Part shown: positions 1 through 8,121 of the stretch, in pieces
Layout of the letters: every line of letters begins with the position of its first letter
Position numbering within the stretch: position 1 is the first letter of the stretch
Assembly: GCA_965242925.1 (NCBI GenBank)
Contig: CBDEUM010000006.1
Location: 1-18,123, forward strand
DNA: 18,123 nt
Reading direction: 5' to 3'
Source: Roseibacillus sp.
GTDB taxonomy: Bacteria > Verrucomicrobiota > Verrucomicrobiia > Verrucomicrobiales > Akkermansiaceae
Notes under the pieces: generated by a model
What the model was told of the DNA's origin: nothing
The model's database searches: none
What the model saw: only the letters and a program-made list of their open reading frames with translations
Program-made: the position numbers and the translations under genes

Positions 1-2
1 TC

Positions 3-266
3 AAGCAGGGCTACGAAACGGTGGTGGTGACCCGCAAGGACCAGACCGTGGTGAGCGGATTGCTGCAGCGTAAGACGGACACCTCCGTGCTGGTGAGGGA
101 TCCCTCAGGCAAAGTGGTCTCTATCCCGTCCGGGGAAGTGACCAAGGTCGATACCAGCCCGGTGTCCCTCATGCCGCCGGGCCTGACCTCCTCCCTGCGC
201 CGGGATGAACTGGTTGACCTGATGACGTTCCTGATCACCCTCGGGGTGAAGCCGGTGCAGGAATAA
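3..266 (+). CDS. C-terminal fragment (5'-truncated by window) of a PVC-type heme-binding/membrane-bound dehydrogenase-like protein (putative heme-binding domain)
   Basis: Open frame from the window edge reads KQGYETVVVTRKDQTVVSGLL...VVSIPSGEV...SLMPPGLTSSLRRDELVDLMTFL*. The pattern 'GY..vv.tkDG..vsG......SLMP.GL...L...El.DL..yL' is the typical C-terminus of Planctomycete/Verrucomicrobia heme-binding-domain proteins. CxxCH would lie upstream of the window. Confidence 0.8.
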   Translation, partial: KQGYETVVVTRKDQTVVSGLLQRKTDTSVLVRDPSGKVVSIPSGEVTKVDTSPVSLMPPGLTSSLRRDELVDLMTFLITLGVKPVQE

Positions 267-489
267 TGAGGAGGGGCGAAACCAGGTCTGGCCGGGGGTG
301 CCAGGGAGGACTCATTGCCGTGCTGCTAATGTTGTTGTCCAGAGGGTTATCGGGTTGTTTCCGAATTGAAATGATTACCCTGTTTCTTCTGCCTTCCACG
401 GTAATCGGCAAGAATGTCTTCCAGGAAGCCGTAGGTTGAATCCTGTCATCCCGACCAATTTATTCTCTCCATTGGGCAAAGAAGAATCG

Positions 490-518
490 CTGACACACCT
501 TACAATTCAAATCATACT
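490..518 (+). promoter_or_regulatory. Putative sigma70-type promoter for the DUF1080 gene (CTGACA-N17-CATACT)
   Basis: CTGACA at 490-495, 17-nt spacer, CATACT at 513-518, in an AT-rich intergenic region 12 nt before ATG 531. The same -10 context (atcatactt) recurs at 17075-17083. Confidence 0.5.
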
Positions 519-530
519 TAAAAGCAGATA

Positions 531-1142
531 ATGAAAACCCTGCTCATCGTAATTCTATTGGCCTGGGCCGCTCCCTCAGGCGCACAGCAGGCCGTCAGCC
601 TTTTTAACGGTCGGGACCTGACCGGATGGACAGGGGCTGCCTACGAGGTCAGGGACGGTGTCATCATCTGCCAGGGCAGGAACCTGGTGAGCAAGAAGCA
701 GTACCGTAACTATGTTTTCGAGTTTGACTTCCTCCTGCCTCCACACGGCAACAACGGTCTCGGTATTCATTACCCGGGCATGGGCAGACCAGCCTCCGCA
801 GGCATGGAATTGCAAATCCTGGACAACAGTCACCCGAAATATGCCAAGCTGAAGGACTCGCAGTATCACGGGTCGATCTACAAGCTGAAGGCGGCCAGGC
901 GCGGCTTCCTCAAGCCTGTTGGAAAATGGAATCACCAGAAGGTCACCGTCAACGGCCCCCTGGTAGTGGTAGAGCTGAACGGCACAAAGATCACCGAGGC
1001 CAACCTGGATGAACTTGAGAAAAAGAACCCAAAACACAAGGGGGTCAAGAGGCGCAGTGGACACATCTGTTTCTGTGGTCACGGCTCGCCGGTGCAGTTG
1101 AGAAACATTACGATTGTGGAGCTGCCTGATAAAAGCGGGTAA
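531..1142 (+). CDS. Secreted DUF1080 family protein (3-keto-disaccharide hydrolase / GH16-like jelly roll)
   Basis: Signal peptide MKTLLIVILLAWAAPSGA. Family motifs SLFNGRDLTGW, NNGLGI, ELQILD, HGSIY, GKWNHQKVTVNG..VVVELNG, GHI.F.GHG..VQLRNI. Confidence 0.9.
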   Translation: MKTLLIVILLAWAAPSGAQQAVSLFNGRDLTGWTGAAYEVRDGVIICQGRNLVSKKQYRNYVFEFDFLLPPHGNNGLGIHYPGMGRPASAGMELQILDNSHPKYAKLKDSQYHGSIYKLKAARRGFLKPVGKWNHQKVTVNGPLVVVELNGTKITEANLDELEKKNPKHKGVKRRSGHICFCGHGSPVQLRNITIVELPDKSG

Positions 1143-1204
1143 TGTCTTCGCGAAGCCAGGACGGGTGAATATCGTCGCAAGTAAACCCGGTGCCCTTGAT
1201 TGAA

Positions 1205-3610
1205 ATGTGCATACGCCTCATCGCCTTGTCCCTTCTGCCTTTCGCGGCGATCGGCAAGGACGTCTTTCAGGAGGATGTGCGGCCGGTATTGCAGCAGCAT
1301 TGCTTTACCTGTCACGGGCCTGAAAAGCAGAAGGGGAAGATCAGGCTCGATGTGCTGGATCCGGACATGGTGAACGGGAATGCCGCCGAGACCTGGCACG
1401 ATGCCCTGAACATGCTCAACCGCGGTGAAATGCCGCCCGAGGACGAGCCACAATTATCAGCGGGGGAGCGCCGCAAGCTCGTTGGGTGGTTAACCAGTGA
1501 ATTGCGTCGAGCGGCTGAGGCCCAGCACGCCACCGGCGGACAAGTGGTGATGCGCCAGCTCAACCGGGTCGAGTATCAGTACACCATGACAGACCTGTTG
1601 GGCCTGGAGATGGATTACAGCAAGGACCTGCCGTCCGATGCCCGGTCCCCGGAAGGGTTCAAGAACAACGGCGCTTCCCTGGGCATGACTGCCCTGCAGA
1701 TCGAGAATTATCTCAAGATCGCCCGGCAGGCCCTGGATTTCGTGCTCGTGGAAGGAGAACAGGGGGAAAGGAAAGTCACGGTTCTTGATAGAAACAAAGG
1801 CCGCATGAAAGGCCCCAACAGCAGGCGTTTTGCCGGAGATTCCTCCGAGCGTCTGGGGCGAGTGAACTTCTGGCACGGGTCCTTCAAGGATCTGCCCCGG
1901 ACAGGCAGGTTCAGTATACGCGTGAAGGCCTACACGGATCGCAAGCCCGGCCAGCCAACCCCCATCCTCTCTGCCCAATACGGGTATTTCGTTTCGGGAT
2001 TAAACCTCAACATCATGGGTGATGCCGGAGAGGCTGCGGTTACCTCGAGCACTCCGGAGTATTATGAAATTTCCGGATGGCCCGAGTTTTTCCCCCTCCC
2101 CGAAGCCCATGTGCCAGGCAGCAAGCTCAACGGAATCATCACCCTGCAAAACGCCCTCGACGATGGCGAGCCACCTGCCCAGGCCGTCAACAAGGTGATT
2201 GAGGAGAAAGACAAGAAAGGAAAGATCAGGAAAAAGAAGGTCAAGGTCTTCCCCGAGGACCCTGATTTTCCCCGCATCATCATCGAGTCGGTTGAGATCA
2301 TCCGTAACGATTATCCTTCCTGGCCTCCACCGCCACACCGGAGAATCATTCGCGAAGGGGAGGAGCTGTCCGATCCGCAGGCGCTCGAGAAGATACTGGC
2401 CCGTTTCCTTCGGCGGGCCTGGCGACGACCGGCCAACGGGGATGAAGTAAACAAGTGGCTGGCGCACTATGAAAGGATGCGCAAGCAGGCGGACACGCCT
2501 GTCTTGGCCCTCAGGGAAACCCTGTCTGCGGCCCTGGCCTCCTCTCACTTCCTGTATCTCAGTGAACCCTTCAGGTCCGATCAGCCCAGAAAGCTCAATG
2601 CGCACGAATTAGCCACCCGCCTGTCCTACTTCCTGTGGAGTTCGATGCCGGACGAGGAGCTCTCCGCCCTGGCTGATTCCGGGCGCCTGCTGGAATCCAA
2701 GGTTCTCAGGGAACAGTTCGCGCGGATGCTTGCCGATGATAAGGCTGACCGGTTTGCCGGGCAATTCAGCATGCAGTGGCTCGACCTCGAGGGGGTGGAC
2801 CGGGTGGCCGTCAACCCGCAATACTACAAGGATTTCGACAATGCCCTGAAGCCGGACATGATCGCTGAGACCCAGGCCTTTTTCCGGGAGATCCTTCGCA
2901 GCAATACCTCGGCCCTGCAGTTTCTGGATGCCGACTTCACCATGCTCAACGCCAGGTTGGCGAAACACTACGGGTTGAAAGGGCCCAGATCCCAGAATTT
3001 TGAACGTGTTTCCCTGCATGGCACCGACAGGCCCGGCGGGGTGCTCGGTCATGCTTCCACTCACCTGGCAGGATCGGATGGAGCCGATTCTCATCCCATC
3101 AAGCGGGCGGTCTGGATCAGGGAACATCTCCTGCACGATCCGCCCAATCCTCCTCCACCTGATGTTCCCAGTGTGGAAAAAAGTGTGCCCAATTTCGAAA
3201 AGCTCTCCATCCGTGAGCAGATGGAGGTGCATCGGGAGAAAGAGGCATGTGCGGATTGTCATCGGAACATCGATCCATGGGGCATCGCCTTGGAACGCTT
3301 CGACGCGATCGGGTTGCCAAGGGAGAAAACAGCCCGTCGCAAGAAACCTGTCTCCACCGATACGGTGTTGCCCGGCAACTATCCGGCAGGTGGGCTGGGC
3401 GACCTCCAGAAGTATCTCCTGACAGAAAGGCGTGACCAGTTCGTCCGGGCCCTCGTCACGAAAATATTCATTTATGCACTGGGTCGCAGCGTTGAACTGC
3501 GAGACTCACCACTGATCGAGGAATTAAGTGAATCCTTCGCGAGGGACGGCTATCGACTCCCTTCCCTGATGGCGGATATTGTTACAAGCCAACCTTTTTT
3601 GTCGCGATAA
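1205..3610 (+). CDS. DUF1592-domain planctomycete cytochrome c protein (PSCyt1 + DUF1587/DUF1595/DUF1592/DUF1588/DUF1585)
   Basis: Signal peptide from ATG 1205 (alternative GTG 1190). N-terminal CFTCH and 'GEMPP', RQLNRVEYQYT (DUF1587), RRAWRRP (DUF1595), ELATRLSYFLWSSMPD (DUF1592), SHPIKRAVWIRE..L...P.PPP and second heme motif CADCH..IDPWG (DUF1588), YALGR (DUF1585). Followed by its usual partner DUF1552. Confidence 0.92.
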   Translation: MCIRLIALSLLPFAAIGKDVFQEDVRPVLQQHCFTCHGPEKQKGKIRLDVLDPDMVNGNAAETWHDALNMLNRGEMPPEDEPQLSAGERRKLVGWLTSELRRAAEAQHATGGQVVMRQLNRVEYQYTMTDLLGLEMDYSKDLPSDARSPEGFKNNGASLGMTALQIENYLKIARQALDFVLVEGEQGERKVTVLDRNKGRMKGPNSRRFAGDSSERLGRVNFWHGSFKDLPRTGRFSIRVKAYTDRKPGQPTPILSAQYGYFVSGLNLNIMGDAGEAAVTSSTPEYYEISGWPEFFPLPEAHVPGSKLNGIITLQNALDDGEPPAQAVNKVIEEKDKKGKIRKKKVKVFPEDPDFPRIIIESVEIIRNDYPSWPPPPHRRIIREGEELSDPQALEKILARFLRRAWRRPANGDEVNKWLAHYERMRKQADTPVLALRETLSAALASSHFLYLSEPFRSDQPRKLNAHELATRLSYFLWSSMPDEELSALADSGRLLESKVLREQFARMLADDKADRFAGQFSMQWLDLEGVDRVAVNPQYYKDFDNALKPDMIAETQAFFREILRSNTSALQFLDADFTMLNARLAKHYGLKGPRSQNFERVSLHGTDRPGGVLGHASTHLAGSDGADSHPIKRAVWIREHLLHDPPNPPPPDVPSVEKSVPNFEKLSIREQMEVHREKEACADCHRNIDPWGIALERFDAIGLPREKTARRKKPVSTDTVLPGNYPAGGLGDLQKYLLTERRDQFVRALVTKIFIYALGRSVELRDSPLIEELSESFARDGYRLPSLMADIVTSQPFLSR

Positions 3611-3658
3611 CGGGCGGCGTTCCTGATATATATCGAGAGCCAGAAAGGAGATCCACTG

Positions 3659-4999
3659 ATGAGCAAGAACACCTACCAGATGAATCGCAGGACCATGCTC
3701 AAGGCCGCGGGCATCTCGCTTGCCCTGCCCTGGATGGAGTCCCTTGCGGGGCCCCGGACGAAGTCGCCGCCAAGGAGATTCTGCTCCATCTATTTTCCTT
3801 ATGGAGTGAGCCTGCCCAAACAGGATGGGGAATATGGCCAGTGGAACTGGTTTCCCAAGGGTTCGGGCAGGGACTTCACCTTCAATAAATCCCTCGAGGT
3901 GCTGGAGCCCTTTCGTGACCAGGTCACGGTTCTGGGTGGGCTTTCCCATCCCAAGGTGCGCCGGATTGGCGGGCATGACAGTGGAGATACTTTTCTGACC
4001 GGGGAGGAGCTCAGCCTTGGTGCCACCGGGCTCAGGAATTCGATTTCCCTCGACCAGTTCATGGCGCACACACACAGGCTTGGTGCAAGAACCCGCTTCA
4101 GCAGCCTGGTGCTCTCCTCGGACGGCGGTGTCGGCATGCCCACCCGGGCCAACACGCTTTCCTACTCCCATAATGGGCAGCCCATCCCCTCCTTTAATCG
4201 GCCGGCCATTGTTTTTGAACGTTTGTTCGGATTGAAGGGGGATTCGGTTGAGGCCCAGAGAAAGGGCCTGACTCGCACCGGTAGTCACCTTGACCTGTTG
4301 CTTGAGGAGGCCAAAAGCCTGCACCGTAAACTGGGCAAGGTGGACCAGGGTAAACTGGACCAGTACCTCACGTCCGTTCGCGAGATTGAGCAGGACGTGG
4401 AGCGTTCGGCTCAATGGTTGAACGTGCCTCGTCCGAAAGTGAATGCCGAGGGGCTCAGCCTTGATGCGGATAATGAGACTCCGGGCAAGTTGATTCACAC
4501 GATGCTCGACCTGATTGCCCTTGCCTTCCAGACCGATTCCACGCGCTTTGTAACTTATCAGCTGGCCAGCATGCATGGGGCCATCTCCATCGCGAACAAG
4601 TTCCCAACACTGCTCGGATTCAAGAAAGATGCCCACGGGCTGGCCCATGGTGCCGGTAAGGGTGCAGGTGCTGAAAACCGGGGCAAGTGGGATCGTTACC
4701 AGGCCGAATGCCTGGCTTACCTGATGAAACGGCTCAGCGAGTTTGAAGAGGGGGATGGATCGGTTCTGGATAACACCTGCATCTTTTACGGAAGCAGCAA
4801 CAGCAAGACCCATAACAATACGAACTACCCCCTGATCCTGGCCGGCGGAAAAAACATGGGCTATCAGCACGGGCAATACCTGAGGTTTGATAATGATGTG
4901 CCGCTCTCAAACCTGTTTGTCACCATCCAGCAACAGATGGGCGTGAAAGCGGAATCCTTTGCCGACAGCACGGGACAACTTGACGACCTGATTGTCTGA
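3659..4999 (+). CDS. DUF1552 domain-containing protein (Tat-exported)
   Basis: Twin-arginine leader MNRRTMLKAAGISLALPWMESL. Motifs SISLDQFMA, FERLFG, KLDQYLTSVREIE, LAFQTDSTR, GDGSVLDN, H...NYPLILAGG, PLSNLFVT, FADSTG. Directly downstream of the DUF1592 gene (canonical pair). Confidence 0.92.
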   Translation: MSKNTYQMNRRTMLKAAGISLALPWMESLAGPRTKSPPRRFCSIYFPYGVSLPKQDGEYGQWNWFPKGSGRDFTFNKSLEVLEPFRDQVTVLGGLSHPKVRRIGGHDSGDTFLTGEELSLGATGLRNSISLDQFMAHTHRLGARTRFSSLVLSSDGGVGMPTRANTLSYSHNGQPIPSFNRPAIVFERLFGLKGDSVEAQRKGLTRTGSHLDLLLEEAKSLHRKLGKVDQGKLDQYLTSVREIEQDVERSAQWLNVPRPKVNAEGLSLDADNETPGKLIHTMLDLIALAFQTDSTRFVTYQLASMHGAISIANKFPTLLGFKKDAHGLAHGAGKGAGAENRGKWDRYQAECLAYLMKRLSEFEEGDGSVLDNTCIFYGSSNSKTHNNTNYPLILAGGKNMGYQHGQYLRFDNDVPLSNLFVTIQQQMGVKAESFADSTGQLDDLIV

Positions 5000-5114
5000 A
5001 GAGTGGCACGGGGAAGGGAGGCATTGCCCAGTCAGATCGAGGCCGCCTTCCACGCTGGTGGCAGGCAATTCTGGCAAGTGGGAAAACAACAAGGCCTCCT
5101 GAAACAGAGACGCT

Positions 5115-5130
5115 GGGCATGGTCCTTGCA
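5115..5130 (+). promoter_or_regulatory. Possible sigma54 -24/-12 element (GGGCATGGTCCTTGCA) upstream of the dioxygenase gene
   Basis: Matches TGGCACG-N4-TTGCW with correct GG-N10-GC spacing and 2 mismatches, 17 nt before ATG 5148. A GGAGG follows at 5131-5135. Confidence 0.3.
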
Positions 5131-5147
5131 GGAGGAAAAATGAACCA

Positions 5148-5951
5148 ATGAACAATCTCAATACCAATGCCGCGGACTACCACGCGGCCGGCTACTGCCT
5201 CTTTCATGAGGTCCTCGATGCGGAGGAAATCCGGGGGGTCAATGCCGAACTGGACGTCCTCGTTCGTGACATGCCGGAAACCATGGTGGTCTACAAGGAT
5301 GGGGCGAACCAGGAGGTCCCGGCCCGGCCCGAGTATCTCACCGAACCCCACGCCGGCAAGGCCGCCTGGCTGGAACTCTGCCGTCATCCCCGGATCCTCG
5401 ACGCGGTGGAGGCCGTCCTTGGTCCCGACCTCATCCTCATCATGTCCCACGTCATCTCCAAGCGGCCGGGAGACGGGCTGCCGGTGGCCTGGCACCAGGA
5501 CAATACCTACTGGCACTCAGTGCAGGGCACGGAGGTGGGGACTGTCTGGCTCGCCCTTGACGATGCCGACCTGGACAACGGCTGCATGCAGGTCATCCCC
5601 TGCACCCACGAGGGATACCCGGAGATGGAGAAGGTTTCCACCGGGAAGAATGATCTTCTCGGGCTCACCGTGGAAGTTACTCCCGGCATGGTGGAGGCCG
5701 CGGTTCCCCTTGAGATGAAGGCGGGTAGTCTCTCCATCCACGATTCCTACGTCCTGCACGGCAGCGAGCCCAATACCAGTGACCGCCGGCGGGCGGCCTA
5801 CACCATGCGCTATGCCAATGCCCGCACCGTCACGGTGGACACCCGGGAACACTGGGTGCCCGTCTACCGGGTGCGGGGGGAGGGCGGTGCGAATGCGGCT
5901 GACTACATCGACCTCCGGCCCGGCCAGCCGCTTCCCGGGGGGATGGATTAG
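5148..5951 (+). CDS. Phytanoyl-CoA dioxygenase (PhyH) family 2-oxoglutarate/Fe(II) dioxygenase
   Basis: WHQD (HxD iron ligands), TVWLALDDA..DNGCMQVIP.TH, distal His in LHGSEPN, and RRAAYTMRY carrying the 2OG-binding Arg. No signal peptide. Confidence 0.9.
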   Translation: MNNLNTNAADYHAAGYCLFHEVLDAEEIRGVNAELDVLVRDMPETMVVYKDGANQEVPARPEYLTEPHAGKAAWLELCRHPRILDAVEAVLGPDLILIMSHVISKRPGDGLPVAWHQDNTYWHSVQGTEVGTVWLALDDADLDNGCMQVIPCTHEGYPEMEKVSTGKNDLLGLTVEVTPGMVEAAVPLEMKAGSLSIHDSYVLHGSEPNTSDRRRAAYTMRYANARTVTVDTREHWVPVYRVRGEGGANAADYIDLRPGQPLPGGMD

Positions 5952-6000
5952 CCCCGGAAGGGGAGATCCATTACGATTGCGCCGGAAGCCCAGGAGGATT

Positions 6001-7920
6001 TCAGAGTATGATCAGAGGGGTGAGGGAGACGCGGAGGCGGACGAAATGGCGACCCGGGGTGGCGTTCCACCTCCAGGCACTCTGCTGGAACCCGACCACA
6101 TCAGGAGTGTAGTCGGAGGGTCTGACCGGTACGAATCCGGCAGGGGGAATGGTCGACCAGTTCTCGAGGTCATTGGAGAACTCCAGTTCGTAGTTGAGGC
6201 CGCGCTTATAGGCGTCGCTACGTTCCGGATGCCGTACGATGGCCAGTCCATCGACTATCTCAAGCTCGGCCCCCATCAGGCTGCCGTCCGCGAATTGGGT
6301 GGAAGCCACCTGCGGGTCACCGCCAAGGGCGTATTCCATCAGGTTGGCAAGGCCATCGCCATCCGGATCGGCTTCCCAGCCCCAGAGGGTTGCTTCCAGC
6401 CAGGGGTTGGCGAGTTCCTCAGCGGTGAAATTCCACTCCAGCCAGATGTCGGCAAGCCAGAACCCTACGATAAGGGTGGTCTCCGGGCTTCTGAACCAGG
6501 CGGCATACAGCTCCTTGACCCCATCAGTGTCCTGGTCGACGCTGTAAATCACGGTGGAGTTGTCCGGGCTGATTACGAAGCCCGACACGTCGCCGTTTTC
6601 AACGAGAGGAGCGTTGATCTTGCTGACGGTGCCCCCGTCGATGGCCACATGGTAAAGCTCATAGTCGTTGTCCTCATCCTGGTCGGCGCGGTAGATGACG
6701 GTAGAGCTGTCGAGACTGATCTGGAAGGACCGCACATCACCGCCATCCGGGAGATTGCGGTTGAGCCTGGTGGCGGCGCCCCCCCCGGAGGGCACGCTGT
6801 AGAGTTCAGTGACCCCGTTATCATCCTGGTCGGCCTCGTAGACCACGGTAGAGCTGTCCTCGCTGATCTGGAAGTCCGACACGTCGCCACCCGGGACGAG
6901 GGCAGAGTTTAGTTTGGTGGGAGAGCCACCATCGACGGGCACCGCATAGATCTCGTCGATTTCGTCAGTGTCCTCGTCGGCGCGGTAGACCACCGTGCTG
7001 CTGTCGGCGCTGATAGCGAAATCGCTCACGTCGCTACTGGGAAAGGGGCTGGGGATGGAGATAAGCGGATCATTGAGCTTGGTCGCGGTGCCGCCGGTGA
7101 TGGGCACGCTGTAGAGATCAGTCGCAAAGAATTCCCTCAGGTAAACCACGGTGGAACTGTCCGGGCTGATCTTGAAAGCCTCGACTCCGTTGCCAAAAGG
7201 CAGGGAGGAGCCGCTGCTGATCTTGATGGTGAGTCCTCCCTCGATGGAAACGCTGTAAAGTTCAAGGTAATCGTCGGTGTCCTGGTCGGCCCGGTAGACC
7301 ACGATGTTTCCATCCGGGCTGATCCTGAAATTCTCGAAGTCCCGGCCCGCAGCGAGAGGGCCGGCGACCGGGGAGACGGTGCCGCCATTGATGGGCACGC
7401 GGTAAAGACCGTAGGTCTCCGAGGAGGCGTTGAAGTCCGCGGTAAAGAGCACCGTGTTTCCGTCCGGGCTGATTTGGAAGTCTCCCACTCCCTGATCCCC
7501 GAAAAGATCAAGGGGCGCGTGGATCCTGGTGGGGGCACCACCGTGAATAGGCACGCTGTAAAGCTCATAGACCTCATCGGTGTCCTGGTCCGCCACATAA
7601 ACCACGGTGGAGCTGTCCGAGCTGATCTCGAAGTGCCACACGTTGCCAGCTTCGACGAGAGAATCACTGAGCTTGGTGACGTCCCCGTTGCCGAGGGGTA
7701 CGCTGTAAAGTTCCCACACACCATTGGTGTCCTGGTCGGCGATGTAGACTGCGGTGTTTCCATCCGGGCTGACCTGGGCAAAAAATACATCACCCCCGTC
7801 AACGAGGGGACTGTTGAGCTTCTGCCGGTGTTCGTCTGGAATCGTTAGCGGAGCCGACAGGCCGGTGATGGGGGAGACGGCAAGGAGGAGGGGAAGGAGG
7901 ATAGGTTTGATGAGCTTCAT
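6001..7920 (-). CDS. Secreted TolB/PD40-like beta-propeller repeat protein with a Verrucomicrobia-type C-terminal DGDG-EYALG domain
   Basis: Signal peptide MKLIKPILLPLLLAVSPITGLSA. Nine ~48-aa repeats F.ISPDSSTVVY.ADQD.D...ELYSVP..GG...KLN. C-terminal region WG.EADPDGDGLANLMEYALGGDP...YELEFSNDLENW...HFVRLRV. Confidence 0.85.
   Translation of the reverse strand: MKLIKPILLPLLLAVSPITGLSAPLTIPDEHRQKLNSPLVDGGDVFFAQVSPDGNTAVYIADQDTNGVWELYSVPLGNGDVTKLSDSLVEAGNVWHFEISSDSSTVVYVADQDTDEVYELYSVPIHGGAPTRIHAPLDLFGDQGVGDFQISPDGNTVLFTADFNASSETYGLYRVPINGGTVSPVAGPLAAGRDFENFRISPDGNIVVYRADQDTDDYLELYSVSIEGGLTIKISSGSSLPFGNGVEAFKISPDSSTVVYLREFFATDLYSVPITGGTATKLNDPLISIPSPFPSSDVSDFAISADSSTVVYRADEDTDEIDEIYAVPVDGGSPTKLNSALVPGGDVSDFQISEDSSTVVYEADQDDNGVTELYSVPSGGGAATRLNRNLPDGGDVRSFQISLDSSTVIYRADQDEDNDYELYHVAIDGGTVSKINAPLVENGDVSGFVISPDNSTVIYSVDQDTDGVKELYAAWFRSPETTLIVGFWLADIWLEWNFTAEELANPWLEATLWGWEADPDGDGLANLMEYALGGDPQVASTQFADGSLMGAELEIVDGLAIVRHPERSDAYKRGLNYELEFSNDLENWSTIPPAGFVPVRPSDYTPDVVGFQQSAWRWNATPGRHFVRLRVSLTPLIIL
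6500..7820 (-). repeat. Nine tandem ~48-aa intragenic propeller-blade repeats
   Basis: Repeat cores in order: SPDGNTAVY, SSDSSTVVY, SPDGNTVLF, SPDGNIVVY, SPDSSTVVY, SADSSTVVY, SEDSSTVVY, SLDSSTVIY, SPDNSTVIY. Also visible at DNA level as recurring 'cacgctgta' and 'tcctggtc' on the + strand. Boundaries approximate. Confidence 0.85.
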
Positions 7921-7927
7921 GGGAGGC

Positions 7928-7946
7928 GCAGATACTGGTTATCTGC
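7928..7946. promoter_or_regulatory. Inverted repeat GCAGATA-N5-TATCTGC just upstream of the propeller gene start (operator or leader hairpin candidate)
   Basis: Perfect 7-bp arms at 7928-7934 and 7940-7946, 7 nt upstream of the minus-strand ATG at 7920. Confidence 0.35.
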
Positions 7947-8003
7947 TGCCAACCGTGGAGTCCGGGAGGGATTTTCATTTTTTTGCAGCCGCGGCCCGGG
8001 GCC

Positions 8004-8121
8004 TCACTCCGCGAGGGTGACGCGGAGGCGGATGAAGTCCCTCAGGGTGGTGGGCCACCGGATGACGCGCTGCCGGAACCCGGCGACGGGCGGGGTGTGC
8101 GCGCCGAGCGAACTGGTCGCC
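8004..8121 (-). pseudogene. 3'-end remnant of a paralog of the 639-aa propeller protein's C-terminal domain
   Basis: Minus strand reads ...ATSSLGAHTPPVAGFRQRVIRWPTTLRDFIRLRVTLAE* (stop TGA = tca 8004-8006), aligning to ...RPSDYTPDVVGFQQSAWRWNATPGRHFVRLRVSLTPLIIL*. DNA match gaggg(t/a)gacgcggaggcgga(t/c)gaa at 8013 vs 6022. No start codon, and an upstream in-frame stop at about 8166-8168. Confidence 0.75.

Noticed and set aside
347..445. Minus-strand peptide QDSTYGFLEDILADYRGRQKKQGNHFNSETTR* as a possible gene remnant in the AT-rich spacer
   Set aside because: Short, no start codon and no match to anything I recognise. A tblastn hit would be needed to support it.
5003..5143. 46-codon GTG-started ORF between DUF1552 and PhyH
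   Set aside because: No recognisable motif or RBS, so it cannot be supported from sequence alone.
6500..7820. CRISPR-like periodic DNA repeats
   Set aside because: The repeats are degenerate with ~144-nt period and are explained by protein blade repeats. There are no identical direct repeats with unique spacers and no cas genes.
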